Shown: positions 19,195 through 31,687 of the stretch, one piece after another
Numbering within the stretch: position 1 is the stretch's first letter
How the letters are laid out: every line of letters begins with the position of its first letter
From: Epithemia pelagica
Taxonomy: Eukaryota; Protista; Bacillariophyta
Assembly: GCA_946965045.2 (NCBI GenBank)
Contig: OX337237.1
Coordinates: 1,612,001-1,676,000, forward strand
Length of the DNA: 64,000 nucleotides
Reading direction: 5' to 3'
The notes under the pieces: generated by a model
What the model was told of the DNA's origin: nothing
Database searches by the model: none
The model's input: only the letters and a program-made list of their open reading frames with translations
Translations under genes and position numbers: made by a program

Positions 19195-22109
19195 TCACAT
19201 GTCATTGTTTGGCGAAGATGTGTCGGATAGCTGGCTAACACCATCACAGCATTTGGGTTGTTGCTCTCTTGTAAAGCTATTTCCATCCTCCGGACCGACC
19301 GTCGCCAACAAGGCGGGCATGAGAATCAAACCATGACCTGTTCCTAGGGTGACCAAGCCGACAAAGGCTATGAAGACCGTATAAAACACAGCGCTCGTAG
19401 ATAGCGCCAACGGTAAGATCACCAGAAATGTAGAGATTCCACCTGCAAGAACAGATGATCCCATCGTCCGGAGCATTTCGACGGTCTTGTCTTTCCGGTT
19501 TCCGTCGCATTCGTAGTATCGCGGGAGGACGTGCATGATAAAATCAACGTACAAACCAATCGCCATAACGACACTGACGTAGGTCACGGCATTCACATCA
19601 ACATTGGCCCATTGAAGCACCCCCAAAAGATCCACGTAGAGAAGACATATCACAGGCAAGACAAAAAATACAGCAGTCCAGTGTGGAATGAATAGAATCG
19701 CCAAACCAGACACCGCTGTAACACCGATGATACTGGTAAGAATCAGCTCTTGTCTCGTTCGGTGGAAGAACTCAATAATATCGTAGGATTCCTCGTAGTT
19801 GAAAAAGCTCAATCTCGCTGAATCAACATTGACCGTGTGTCGGGCAGTAAGATCCCGTTGTTCCAAAAGAGTGTCTATCTGCTCGGAGACGTCTTCAACA
19901 TCTATGTTGTTAAAGTAAAACTCAACACGCGAAGCAGTAATATTTCCGTCGTCATCACGTACAATGTGATATTGGTAGAGGTAGTTGTAAACAGGATCCG
20001 ACAAGAAAAGATCCAATTGATCGTTAAATGGCAGCTTGCTCACAGTTTCATTGCTCAGTTTCACGAAAAGTTGAAAGTCGCGAAGCCAGAAGAACTGGGG
20101 TTGGTCTTCAATAGCCTCCATTTCAACGAGATCATCCACGTATGATTCCATGTGATCCTGGATAGTTTTATTGGATTGGTCGACGTCTCGAAAGTAGGCA
20201 AAGGCATTAATCCTTGTATTTATGGCGTACTCATCGTACGCCCGAAGCAAGGCAGCAACATAAGAGTCATCTGGAAGGATATCCGTCACCTCAAACTCCT
20301 GAGACAGGTTAGATGCGCTTATGGCACACACCACTGCCAAAGTTAGGAAGACAACAACAACGCCTACACGGACGACGGGCTTCAACAGAATCTTGGCATA
20401 GTCAATCATGAATTTGTCGAATGCGCCGCCCTCCCCTTTGGGTTCATTTCGTACTTCAAAAGCACCCTCAGTTGTCGACATGCCACTAGGAGCAACATCA
20501 GAAGTCGAGTGATCATTGTTCTTCCTTGCTTGTACACGATGATCGTGCAATACAATGCAGGCGATGAAAAATGTCAGCTGATAGAGATAAACAAAGATCA
20601 CGGTCGGAAATGCGTAAAGACACAGCCAGTGGACTGCCGGGATACTCGACATGCATCCCAAACCAAATGCCACTGACGAAGTTATTGATGTCAACGTGAT
20701 GGATATTCCCACGTCTTCGATTACATCGGCAATCCGTATCTCAATAGACGTGTTGGCATTGGTTCGGCAATACGATCCAAAAATGATAATCGCATCATCA
20801 AGACCAATCCCAAAAATCACAAATGTCAATAGTTGAGTGATGGAGGTGAAGGGTGTTCCAATGATAAACAAGAGGCCGTATCCCGAAAAGAGACTCAAGA
20901 GAACTGCGACAACCCCACCAAGACCAACCAAACATCGCCATTGAAACTTGTTTTGTCCAAAGCATAAAATTGCGGACGTGAAAATTGTCATTATCAGAAA
21001 GACGATGGGAACCAAGGGGATGTCTTCAACGATCGCTCGTTCGAATCTGAAAAAAGAAGTCGAATTATTCAAGTTAGGTGAGGTTGACGCGACGAGAAAG
21101 CAGAGTGAGAGGAGAAAAGTCAGTACATGGCCCTTACTCATCTGCAAATGACCCATGGGCCCATACTTCGAGGCGAAGAGGGTTGTCAGGATCTTTGTCC
21201 CATTGCTGCCGAAGACTTAATATGACGTCGAGAGCCTGATCTTTGACTGACTCTGCAACCTTCGTATCGGGGAATCCAATGACAAGCATATACCCTTGGC
21301 AAAATGTCAACAAGTTGAGAGCTGAAAAGCCGTCGTTTTCGCGTTCAGTCTTACCAAAGACTAGATCATAATTGACTGGTATACCATCGGGAAAACTGGA
21401 CGCGGACATGGCTTCTATAACTTCTTCGTCGGAAGACACTTGTTGCCGCATAAGGTTGTAATCTGAGCTCCAAAACTGAACAATTCCGGAAATGGGACAT
21501 GTCGTCTGATTGGTGACAAGATCAACATGAAGACTGTCAGCACACATTTCATCGTACTTGTCAACTCCACGGACTGCATCCACGGCCTCAAAGACTTTCG
21601 CAACTTGATCTAGTCCCAAGACGTCCTGGCCGTCACTATGAAAAAACATGACAAACTCCAAGTAGTCCTTGGGGAAGTTCGAATCATGTTCAATCCAATG
21701 CCTGTGTTTGCGTGGCAAACGAATCGAATGGAGTCCACAACTCGTGTTCATCTACAACGAGCGTAAAGTTTGTCGCCAGACCAACACAGAACAAGAGGAT
21801 CGATAAGCATGAAATAAGAGTCAAGGTAGACTTTGGATATTTCACCACAGCTTTTGTCATTTGGTGGATTGCCCGCAAAATGGGGCGATGAACCTGTTCC
21901 CGAATCGTTCGACTCCACTGTTGGCTCCACGATTTGCTTTCACTTTTTTGTTTTCTTTGTATTGCCAGTCCTCTGTCATCTGTGAAGCACTGCTCGTCTT
22001 GTCTTGATCTTTGGCTGCCTTCGTCGTTCAGGTCACCTTCACTGATTTCAGCTTGTTTGTTCTCTTGAACGATTTCATCGTCGGACAGAGGCTCATCACT
22101 GCTCGTCAT
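19195..22109 (-). CDS. Patched/NPC1-family (PTCHD-like RND) sterol-sensing-domain membrane protein; one frameshift as assembled
   Basis: ATG at 22109. TM1 is followed by WTPFDS and a 1-nt insertion near 21721 (WTPFDS-LPRKHRHWIE). GT-AG intron at 21047-21137. Two TM bundles with GIGLDDA and IGLYVDF motifs. Stop at 19195. Confidence 0.85.
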
Positions 22110-22470
22110 GGTATGGTTGGCTCTATATTATTTGAAAGACAGACGTCAAACGATCGTTCGTCTATCGTATTGAATGTGAGAGGTTTCCGCGACAACATCA
22201 TGTGAATGGCCCATTGAGTCGATACGGAGTTTTGGCGATTATTCGGTCGTGGGTAAGCATACACACACAAATCCGCCGTGGGTACCCTTTCTCGTCCCAA
22301 CCACCTCTCATCATGCCTCTTTTACCATGGTGTCTCATCATTTCATGGATGACAAATGTCCCATTACAATCCTACGAATATGTTTCCATTGCCCATCAGC
22401 AATGACGCTACAATATCAGAGATTTTGTTCTACCGCGTTGTCTCACAGGCGAAAACTTCGTGCCAACAGC

Positions 22471-23610
22471 CGTTTCGACTATGTGTCCGCTTCTTAGCTC
22501 GTCTGCCTGTCAACTCTATCATCGTCTGTCCCGCTCACCAAAAACTCCAACTCCGCCAGCAAAAATGATCACTTCCGTCTGGAAAGGCTGGCGTGATTTG
22601 GCAGTTGATAGATGGCCGGCGTTCTGCTCAACAAGACTCAAAATTGTGTTGTTCAGAGCACAAAATCGATGCAGGACGCAACAAAATAACGCAATGACCA
22701 AACCAACACCAAAACCGGCCTCATACTTCGTCCCTGGGCCCTGCGCATCTCATGTTTGTCGCACATCCAAGATGGTAAGTTCTGGAGAATGTCTAATACT
22801 TGCATTGTAATGGGCAATGCCGAGTTTAAGGTTCTCACGCCTTTGCCATAGTGAATAGTGTGTCACGTGTTTGTGCCATATAAACATCCATTTTTGGTCG
22901 ATGCCATAGGTGGCAACCGACATCATTTATAGGATTCTTGTACTACACAAATAGATAGGACTAGGTGAGGAAGCCTTCCATTTTTCATCTGTCGCTCAGT
23001 TTGAGTCTTTAGTGGCTTGTGATGTCGACCTGCTCCTCTTGTACTTTTTCTGTTGCCAGGAGCATGACTTGTCTTTCCAAGCAGTACAGGGGACTCTACA
23101 ACATGCTCCATAGCACAAGAAGGAAGAGAATGATTCTGAAACACACGAGTAGGTCAAGTGGATACAAAGAGACAAGCCTAACGCATGGTGTTGTGGATGT
23201 CAAATGGATACAAACACTAGCAACAACAACACTACTCCTAAAAAACAAAGAAAGGATGGGGGCACGGCCAAACTCTATCTATGGCCTATCTGTCGAATGT
23301 CTATGGTATGCAAATGATGGAGAATGGATTGTGATGGTACATGTCCATTGTCCATAACAAAAGGAGAATTGACATTGACATGGGTCATTCATGGGGAATG
23401 GGGAATGGTGAAAATAATAATGTGGGTCGAAATTTGGGACGACAATCAAGAATGGGGAAGATTGGAGCAGGGTATGTGAAAGGGATGGCTGGCGTGTTTC
23501 CAGTAGGTCAAATTGGAAAAAAGCATTTTTTTAGAAATTTCCAATTGATTTTTTTGTCTGTGAGTCTTGCCCGAACAGACGAGCTAAGAAGCGGACACCT
23601 AGTCGGAGGG
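22471..23610. mobile_element. ~1.1 kb non-autonomous TIR element (MITE family A, copy 1)
   Basis: Left arm CGTTTCGACTATGTGTCCGCTTCTTAGCTCGTCTG and right arm CAGACGAGCTAAGAAGCGGACACCTAGTCGGAGGG are inverted. The interior is homologous, in reverse orientation, to 40416-41539. No clear TSD. Confidence 0.75.
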
Positions 23611-24022
23611 ATATGATGTATACCTATACTCCTACGAGTACAATACCTATCCCTTAACGCCATTCGTAAGCGAGTAGCGTATACGCTACTCCCATATATG
23701 GGAGCAGCGTATACGCTACTCCCTTAACTTTGACTTTCAATAGCTTCATCAAAATTCAATTTCATGCAGATCTGACTTCATCCTTCTATAGATCTTGAAA
23801 TTCTGAACAACTTCGTATATGATACTCTACAGTAGAAATGAAGATATCACGGAGCTATGTTACTTTGAAAAATTGGCGATTTTCCTCATTTTCTCTCATC
23901 TTCATCTTCCATTGCCGAAGACCCAACTTCCCACCCTTCGTAATCATTCACCGACCGACCGATCGTTGCAACATCTTCCATTCCAGCTGAGTACATGGTG
24001 AAGAAGGGGTGTCCTGAAAGAA

Positions 24023-27000
24023 ATGTCGAACGAAGCATCCCCTGTGGAGCAAAACGCAATTGAGTCATCTCTACCAAATTCGTCGCAACCGCTCATCGAA
24101 CCAGATATTGACCATACCACCGAAGATGCCGCACCTCCTCCCCGCAATTCAGAAGAACCCACCAACACTGCACCTGCAACTACCACAACAACGACAACGT
24201 AGGAACATGTCACCGATTCGGGTTCCAACGTTGCCCGTGCAGCAGTCGCCGCTACAGAAACAACACAGACACAAGAAAACGCCACAGATGAGATCGAAGA
24301 ACTCCCACCCAAATTGGAAAGACTTATTGCACATTTGTCACATTTGGACAAACCACGAGGGAAATCTTCCGGCAATAACCAGCGCAGTCGATTTTCCTAC
24401 TCAAAAAGGTGGCTTGTTGCACCTGACGACTTCTGGTGCCACGACAACTTTCATCAAGAATTCTGCCGTCGCTTTCGGTCAAATCCAACTGCCTCTCCTG
24501 TTTCTCTTCAGGGCAAAATAATGGAATGTCCCTCGAAGAAAAATGGAAATTGCTATTGCATTCTTTGGGATAACAGAGCAAATAGCCGCCTCAAATGTTC
24601 CACAGAATTGGATCAAGTCATCCTTTGTTGCAACGAAGTCTTTGAAAGAGAGGCTTCGACAGTTCATCGAAGCATATCATGCACCTCCTAGTACTAATAG
24701 AACAAACCAGGCAACTCAATCTCAACAATCTCAGAGAACTGGAACCCAACAACCAAGTTCAACTAATGTTTCTCAACCCGATGAAGGAAACGACCCGAAC
24801 AGCCACAATATCACACAGTCCCCTTCGGTTCGACGTTCACCCAGACGAAACAAGGGACGACGCCGAGCACAACCACCACCTCCTTCCACAGCCGAACGAG
24901 CACAAAGGAGGGATGCACTGAAGAATGCTAGTAACTCCTCTCTACGTGGATCAAGCCGCAATTCACGTACACGTCAAAACACAAACCTGCCGTCGACACA
25001 AGAGCGGGCTCGAGGACGCGCTACTCTTATGACGGCTCCACAAGTCGGACCCTCTCCCGGAGATAACGCCCAAGCCAATAATGGAGTCGATAATGGAGAT
25101 GATGATAACAATAACACTCCAATCAACCAACTTACGACACGTCTGTTTGGGAGTACGAGCACGGCCGCCTCGACGAGACAAACAAGTGCCGCCGCCTCGA
25201 CGAGACAAACAAGTGTCACAACCCGACAACAACAGCGCAACACGAATGTAGGTAATCTCGATGAGGACAGTGGTTCGTCTTCTGATGAAGACCATCAAGG
25301 TGGTTTCGAACTTGAGTTGAATGAATCAGCTGCACGGCCTCAGAATCCACTAGATGAGAACGATTACGACGAGGACAACGACGTGACTGATCACGACGAG
25401 CACAACGGTGTTAGCGATTCAGATTCAGACGACGAGGACCCAAACAATACAACAAACCTAAAAGTTCTGATTGACAACCTGCACTTCCATTACAAGTCTA
25501 TTGATGCTTCCGACAACGGACTCTTGGATTGGAAAGGAACGTCACAACAGAAATATGTTTAGCGGAGAAGACGGTCTGAAATTAGGTATTGCGGAAGATT
25601 TCACCACACCGTTGGAGAGTTTGCGTGTGGTCGGAGGCATATCAACCGCTCTCATTTCCGATTTGGCCGCCGCAACCAATCAGTATTTTCACGAGAAAAT
25701 CCGTCCCAAGTTGATGGGGCGCAGGGGTTACTTCCATTCACAGAAGTGGCAAGATGTAACGGAACAAGAAATGACGCGGTTCTTAGGCATCATTCTGATG
25801 ATGTCTCTTCGACCAATCGATGGAGGTGGATATGCCACCTATTTTCAAACATCCAATCGGATGTATAGCTTAGGGACAGCTCTCCCTTCGGTAGAAATTT
25901 TGGATAGTGAGAGATGGGCTTCCAGATACATGCGACTTGCTCGATTTCGTCAGATTCGCGGTGCGTTTCATCCACAAAAGAAAAGTGCTGGGAGAGGTGG
26001 TGACAAGTGCTACCAATAACGGCAATTACTTCAGGCAGTAAATGGAGCTTCGAAACGATCGTTCAAAATACCAGAAGACTTGGCTTTCGATGAAGGAGGA
26101 ATCGGCTGCCGCTCAAGATACTGCCCCGTCCGACAGTATAATAAAGATAAACCGGTAAAATTCCAGGTCGATTTTTTCATCATGGCTTCTTCCAGATCAT
26201 ACGCCATCCTTCATATCGACGTGTATCAAGGAAAGAATGCGACCAACTCGTACATACGAGAGGAGGCAAAGAAACTACCTACGACCATGAAAGCAGTTGT
26301 CAATGCATGTTATGCATTAGAATTACACAAGGGAACCAACGGATTCCGCCATTTGTTTATGGATAACCGGTACGCAGCCCCACAGCTACTGGTTATCCTC
26401 CGTGACCGTTTGAAGATCCTTGCTACTGGTACTGTGAGGACAAACCGAGTGGGGTGGAGTAAGACGCTGATGACATTGAAAAAAACAGCAACAAATCGCA
26501 GAACAATCAACCTGGCTCACGACGAAGTGAATGGAATTATTATCGGCCAATGGGTGGACTCGAAAGTCGTCAATTTCGTTTCCAGCTATGAAAGCAGCGG
26601 CAAAGGGGAAGTGCAGTGTCAAGTGAGACCAAATAAAGAGGACTTCAATTGTCCAATGCCTCTAATACGTTATCAGGACAATATGGGGGGCATTGATCAT
26701 GGAGATCAGATGCGTTCCCATTTCGGAGGTTTTGCAACCCATGGACATTACAAAAAGTGGTACAAGAAGTCAGCATTGGCAATAATGGATGTGATGCTAT
26801 TGAATGCTTACATCGGATGGAACATGTCGTCTGGGGATCGAGTACGATCAAGACGAACCAAGCTGTCGCGACATACGTTCTACACTATTGTTGCGCAAAC
26901 AATGTGTAGCTATGTTGCACAAGAAGAAGTGGACGCTTTAGCAAGGAGGACTCGAGTTGCCAGTCGCCCAACATGTGAGGATGGGCATTATCCAGTGCCA

Positions 27001-27500
27001 TTGGAAGGGAACAAACGTGTCGGATGCACAGTTTGCTTGTTGGAATATCGGTGGAGGCGCAAAGAGCTCGGCATGAAAGGAATGTTTACCAACGTAGGTC
27101 GATGTGCCAAGTGTGGACTCGTGGCACATTTAGTGTCATGCAAGGATGACAGAGAGGATGGCTGGAAAATCCATACGCTCCCACAATTTACAGACCACAC
27201 TTGCTTCGAAATTCTCCATTCACCACAGGGAAGAGAGATGTTCATGTGTCGTCCGGCTTTGTCTCCGGGAAGTCGCTACAAGTACACAACAAAAAAAACC
27301 ACCCAATTATAATGGATCTACGAGAGAAGCATGGACTGTCTCCAGAGTTTACAAGGAAGAGAAAGCGGACAAATCGCGGACCAAATGATATGGAAGAGGA
27401 TGACGACAAAGAAGAAGACACAAATAACGAGAACGTAGAGAATGACAATGATCATGACAACGAAAGTACAGAGAACAGTGGAGAAATTCATGAATTGTAA
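24023..27500 (+). pseudogene. piggyBac (DDE_Tnp_1_7-type) transposase, disrupted
   Basis: Motifs AFDEGG, YNKDKPVKF, LFMDNRY, ATGTVRTNR, WVDSKVV, YQDNMGGIDHGDQ, KWYKK and a C-terminal Cys-rich CTVC..CAKC. Lesions: TAG at 24200-24202, frameshifts at ~24580 and ~25558, TAA at 26017-26019, and a probable frameshift in A8 at 27291-27298. Confidence 0.9.
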
Positions 27501-27565
27501 ACGACAACTAAATAATCTAAGTAAGAGAATAATGTGAGCTTAGGAACGATTACCGTATCGCTTGT

Positions 27566-28198
27566 TTATTCGTCGTGATTGATGGGACCTGCCTGAAAGC
27601 CAACGTACTTTTCTTCTGGGTTCTCGTTAGGAAAGTTGTCACGGACAAACTGAACAAGACAATCGGGGAGTTGCACACGGTGGCCACGTCCAAGGGGACC
27701 GTGAAGCTTATTTGACAAGCGCCGATAGAGCTGGTAACGAATGGCGCGGTTTGTCTCGCCTTTGTTTTTCATATGCGTGACGAGTTCGTGAAGATAGGGC
27801 AGATTGTCAACAATGACGCAGGGATTTTGTTGGCATACTCCACACACACTCTCCCAATACATGTAGCCATGGGTTTGGGAGGGTGGAGTATTGTTGTTCA
27901 ATTCGTGAAGAATCACCTGGACACTTTCAGAAGACGCATACTCCTCAGGAAGATACCTCGTCTCGGTGGCTTCTGCGGTTTCGTCAATAACAGTGCCTGT
28001 TTCACCCGTAATCATGACTCGAGATTTCTTGAGGGTAAAGGGAACCATCACACCCAAACTTGCTTGATTGTTGTCTTCTTCGAGGTACGTCTCAGCAATC
28101 TCGATGGAATCAATGAGTCCTAAAGTGGAAAACATAACAAACATGAGGTGCGAATGTATCAAAGAAATTGATGAATCAAGGATATACTCACCGTTCAT
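27566..28198 (-). CDS. Small Cys-motif protein resembling the P2X7 cytoplasmic ballast / transposon accessory domain (186 aa spliced)
   Basis: ATG at 28198, exon 1 ATGAACG, intron 28120-28191 (GTGAGT...TTTAG, 72 nt). C-terminus CGVCQQNPC...IRYQLYRRLSNKLHGPLGRGHRVQLPDCLVQFVRDNFP...KYVGF aligns by eye with human P2X7 LRHCAYRCYATWRFG...ILPSCCRWRIRKEFP..QYSGF. Confidence 0.75.
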   Translation of the reverse strand: MNGEYILDSSISLIHSHLMFVMFSTLGLIDSIEIAETYLEEDNNQASLGVMVPFTLKKSRVMITGETGTVIDETAEATETRYLPEEYASSESVQVILHELNNNTPPSQTHGYMYWESVCGVCQQNPCVIVDNLPYLHELVTHMKNKGETNRAIRYQLYRRLSNKLHGPLGRGHRVQLPDCLVQFVRDNFPNENPEEKYVGFQAGPINHDE

Positions 28199-28478
28199 GA
28201 CCGTCAGTTTGGAGGTGGGGATGAACAAGAAAGTGATATAGAACGAAAGTAACGACGAATTGATCGTACCATTCACAGAATGAATGAATGTCGTCAAGAT
28301 GAATGAGGAGAAAAATGACACAAGTGTCATTGCTTAACACAGGTAGGATTAGTGTTTTAGTAAGGGAGACAACAATTCGAGCAGCACGTTGACTCCCATA
28401 AAATTTATGGGAGACAACTATATGCTGCTCTCATAAGCTTAAACCCGTTCTTTACGTGTGGCGTTAATCGGTGTGCGA

Positions 28479-28795
28479 TATTGAACCAAAATGGTTCAAT
28501 AAAACGGGCCGTAGCTTTAGTACCAGAGTCTACGTGGAAATAAAAGGTACGAAGGAAGTAAAAGGTACTACTAAGATCTACTCCCTTCGTATTCTATAGC
28601 TAAAATATTCGCACAAAGTTAATTCAGCGATTACTCAAGTTGTAGAGGTGCAATTGCCATCAATCAACTTTACTTCTCTTAAGCACTTCAAGACAGAAAG
28701 AACAATGTAAAGCATAGTCAATTTACTTTGAGACAGCGAAGGATAGACACGAATTAACGCAAAAAATCTCGTTATTGAACCAAAATGGTTCAATA
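28479..28795. repeat. Two identical 23-bp hairpins 294 bp apart
   Basis: TATTGAACCA-AAA-TGGTTCAATA at 28479-28501 and 28773-28795. Confidence 0.85.
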
Positions 28796-29189
28796 CCCCA
28801 TTAAGGGATAGGTATATGTTCAAAAATGGGACCAGTGGTTCACTTCCTGTGTTTGGCAAGTAGATATACTCCACAGGATGGTGGTTCGTAGAATGTTCGC
28901 TCTAGGTGGCACATGGAGTAGAAAAACAGTGTCAAAGAACTACTATGATGTCAGAGTAGATTAGTGTTCACTTCCTGAGCCAAGGAAATGTCGTTACCGC
29001 GTCTTCCTTCGTACCACGGATATACCTCTTGGCTGGAGCGGATTCGATTGAATCTAACCGACCTATGGAAATGCTATAGGTTGCCTCATTTTCAACCATG
29101 GAATATGATGGGGTCCACCGGTCCACTTCACTCTTCTCTTTGTTGTGTCACTGTATAAAACATGGACAATGCATCGTGGACTGTTATGT

Positions 29190-31338
29190 TCACCACAAAA
29201 AATCCACGGGAGACGGTGCCAGGGGAAAGAGTTTACGAAAGGTCCCGACCGCCCATCGACCGAGGGCAACATGCACTTCATCTTTGGGCAATGGGATGAT
29301 TCCTTGATTTTTCACAGTGTCAGACGAGGTTCGAACGGGATTGCCCGAAACAAGGACCAAGTTGGCCACTTGTTTTCCCGCAACATATGCCTTTTCTTGA
29401 GACCATGAACCATGCTCGGTATTGCGAACCAAATCACCGGCAAAGTAGACATTGTCCAGGGATTGAGATTTCAAATCCGGCATGTCCTTGTACGAGTCTG
29501 GATAGTACCAATTGACAGCCCGGGGTAAACGAACAATGGCAGCATCCACAACACGTGCTTGCTGACATTTCACAACCAGTATGTCGTCCAGATCCTTTTT
29601 GGCCTTTTCCGCAATTTCTTGGTCACTCATGACCAGCAGTGTATCTGAATAGTAATAATCCACCTCAATAATCGTTTGGGGGACATTCGGGGGTGGAGGA
29701 CTGGACGCATCATCCCCCTCCATGGCCTCTTGATGGACCTTTTCGAAATCGACCTCATGGAGGGCTCCAATATTGAAAAAGGTCATTCCAACGCCCTCAT
29801 CGAATCCCCAACACGCATTCGCCGTATAGGGTGTTGGAACGTGACGATCCAGGTACAAGCGCGTCGCCAACACACTGGTCCCACGCAGATTGGCAAAACG
29901 TCGAAATTCGGGGAGGGAGCGCAAGGATGAGTTGCTGTTTCGGACCATGGCATTGAGCGCCGATGCTCCCACTGCAAAGACCACCACATCTGCATCCAAT
30001 AAAAAGGATGATGACGATTCTTGGGATGGAGTGGATTGTGTCATGCACTTGACTCGAGTAATTTTCTGCCCCGATTCATCCATATCAAAACCAACGACGC
30101 GTGTCGACGTTTGAAACTTGACGGGGTTTTGATCCAAGGATTCCATTTTCTGGATCCATGGATCAAAGATGAGTTCGCCAATATTTCCTTTGCACCAGCG
30201 AACATCAAAGGCATTTTGATTGCTCAAGACAAAAAAGTACGCCATCCCCAAGGCCGCGGCCGCGGATACTTGGGCACCGGGAGCAAAGAGTCCGGTCAAG
30301 ATCATGGGTTCAAAGGCTTCGTCGTAACATCGACGACTCACACCCAACCGGGTACACAAATCGCGAAAGGAAATGGCATCGTACTTTTTCCAAGCTTGCG
30401 CTGAATCATCAAATTCGGAAAAGGCCAATACCAAGGGAAAGGCCGTCAAGCGATCCACCAGGGGCAAATTCAAGAATTTGGTATAGGCCGCCTGTGCCAA
30501 GCCCGTGGGCAGGCGAGGAACTTGGTCACGATAAATTGGCCACACGGCTTCCAAACCACCAGCTCTCGAATATTGGCCCTGTTCTGCATAACCAGTCAAG
30601 ACTTGATCCAGAATGTTCAACTCATCCTCCATCAACTGAAAAATGTTGTAATACTGGTCCCAAAAGCCTATCCAACACCCGATCGCAACGTATCAGAGAC
30701 AAGCAACTCGTGTCAGAATCGCATCCGGCTACTAAGAGAGATACAAGACAAGTCACCACGCACCATGCTGTCCTGCTTCGGCCTTGCGGTGTCCCTTGAT
30801 GGAGGTGAATCCATCTCGCACCAAACCCCCCACACGTGGTGCCGCATCCACCACGGTAACCTCAACTGGCTGTTGATTCTGTTTGGCAATCCAATACGCG
30901 GCACTGAGACCTCCCCAACCAGCTCCAATCACCACCACTTTTTGTGCCGCCGGCGTGTCGTTTTTCCTATTGTTGTTGTTGTCATCATCGTTGTTGTTGT
31001 CGTCCTTGGTGGGAACCGTCGACGAGTCTCCCGATTCGTTTAACGACGACGACGATGATGATTCGGCAATTCGTGACGTACGGCCATGAGTCCTGTCAAA
31101 AAGACGAGTCCACAACCATATTTGTCAATAAGTTTGTACCCAATGAGATTTGGTGGGATGCTGTCTACAGGCAATGATTTGGTGATACCTACCGGAAAGC
31201 CAATGGTGAACGGTGTTGGTGGGTTGTGCCGAATGGCACAAAGCATTGCACTCCACGAGAACGCATCCCGTAAACTAACAATAGAAAAGCGATGCTGGTC
31301 CTCCACAAAGAGAAATTGATACCCGTCATGGCCGCCAT
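29190..31338 (-). CDS. Plastid-targeted FAD-dependent oxidoreductase, amine oxidase / carotene desaturase (PDS/ZDS-like) family
   Basis: Three exons; GT-AG introns at 31093-31192 and 30668-30763. Signal peptide ending ...GVQC|FVPF. Rossmann motif VVVIGAGWGGLSAA, EAGQHGFWDQY, and VYFAGDLV...WSQEKAYV. Confidence 0.9.
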
Positions 31339-31687
31339 GGTCGTTCAAAAGTGTATTCTGTTATAATCTCGTGCCAACAAAAAAGCAATCGTACATCCCA
31401 TCGTACACGTCATCGCGGCATGGACGCCAGTCGCATAATCTGGGGTCGCTCAAAAGAACATTAGGGGTCGAAAAAGATTTACCCCATAAATAAATGGGGG
31501 CCTACCCCCTATCATCGATCCCAAATCCCAACAGCCATCCATCATTGTGTTCGTCGACAAGGGTCTCACACGAGAGGAAGAGCACTGTTCAATAAGATTG
31601 CGATCCAGATCATCACCACAGGAGAAAGAGAAGAAGACGGGGTTTGCTGGATGGCGTGCCGGAGGCGTTGCTGTTGGGGTTGTGAAC

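Larger units (their letters stand above)
23658..28463 (+). mobile_element. piggyBac DNA transposon (4.8 kb), TTAA-flanked, with dead transposase and a second convergent gene
   Basis: TTAA at 23654-23657 and 28464-28467. Terminal CGCCATTCGTAA versus TTACGTGTGGCG match at 10/12 inverted. Subterminal palindromes GAGTAGCGTATACGCTACTC (23672-23691, imperfect second copy 23702-23721) with CTCCCATA..TATGGGAG echoed at ~28393-28413. Confidence 0.8.

Noticed and set aside
23658-28463. Classifying the TTAA element as Kolobok
   Set aside because: The transposase has piggyBac motifs (FDE, MDNRY, GGIDHGDQ, Cys-rich tail) and the termini start with C, not the purine-purine ends of Kolobok.
23651-28795. 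CRISPR-like or prokaryotic interpretation of palindromes and repeats
   Set aside because: There is no repeat-spacer array or cas gene, and the context is intron-containing eukaryotic DNA.
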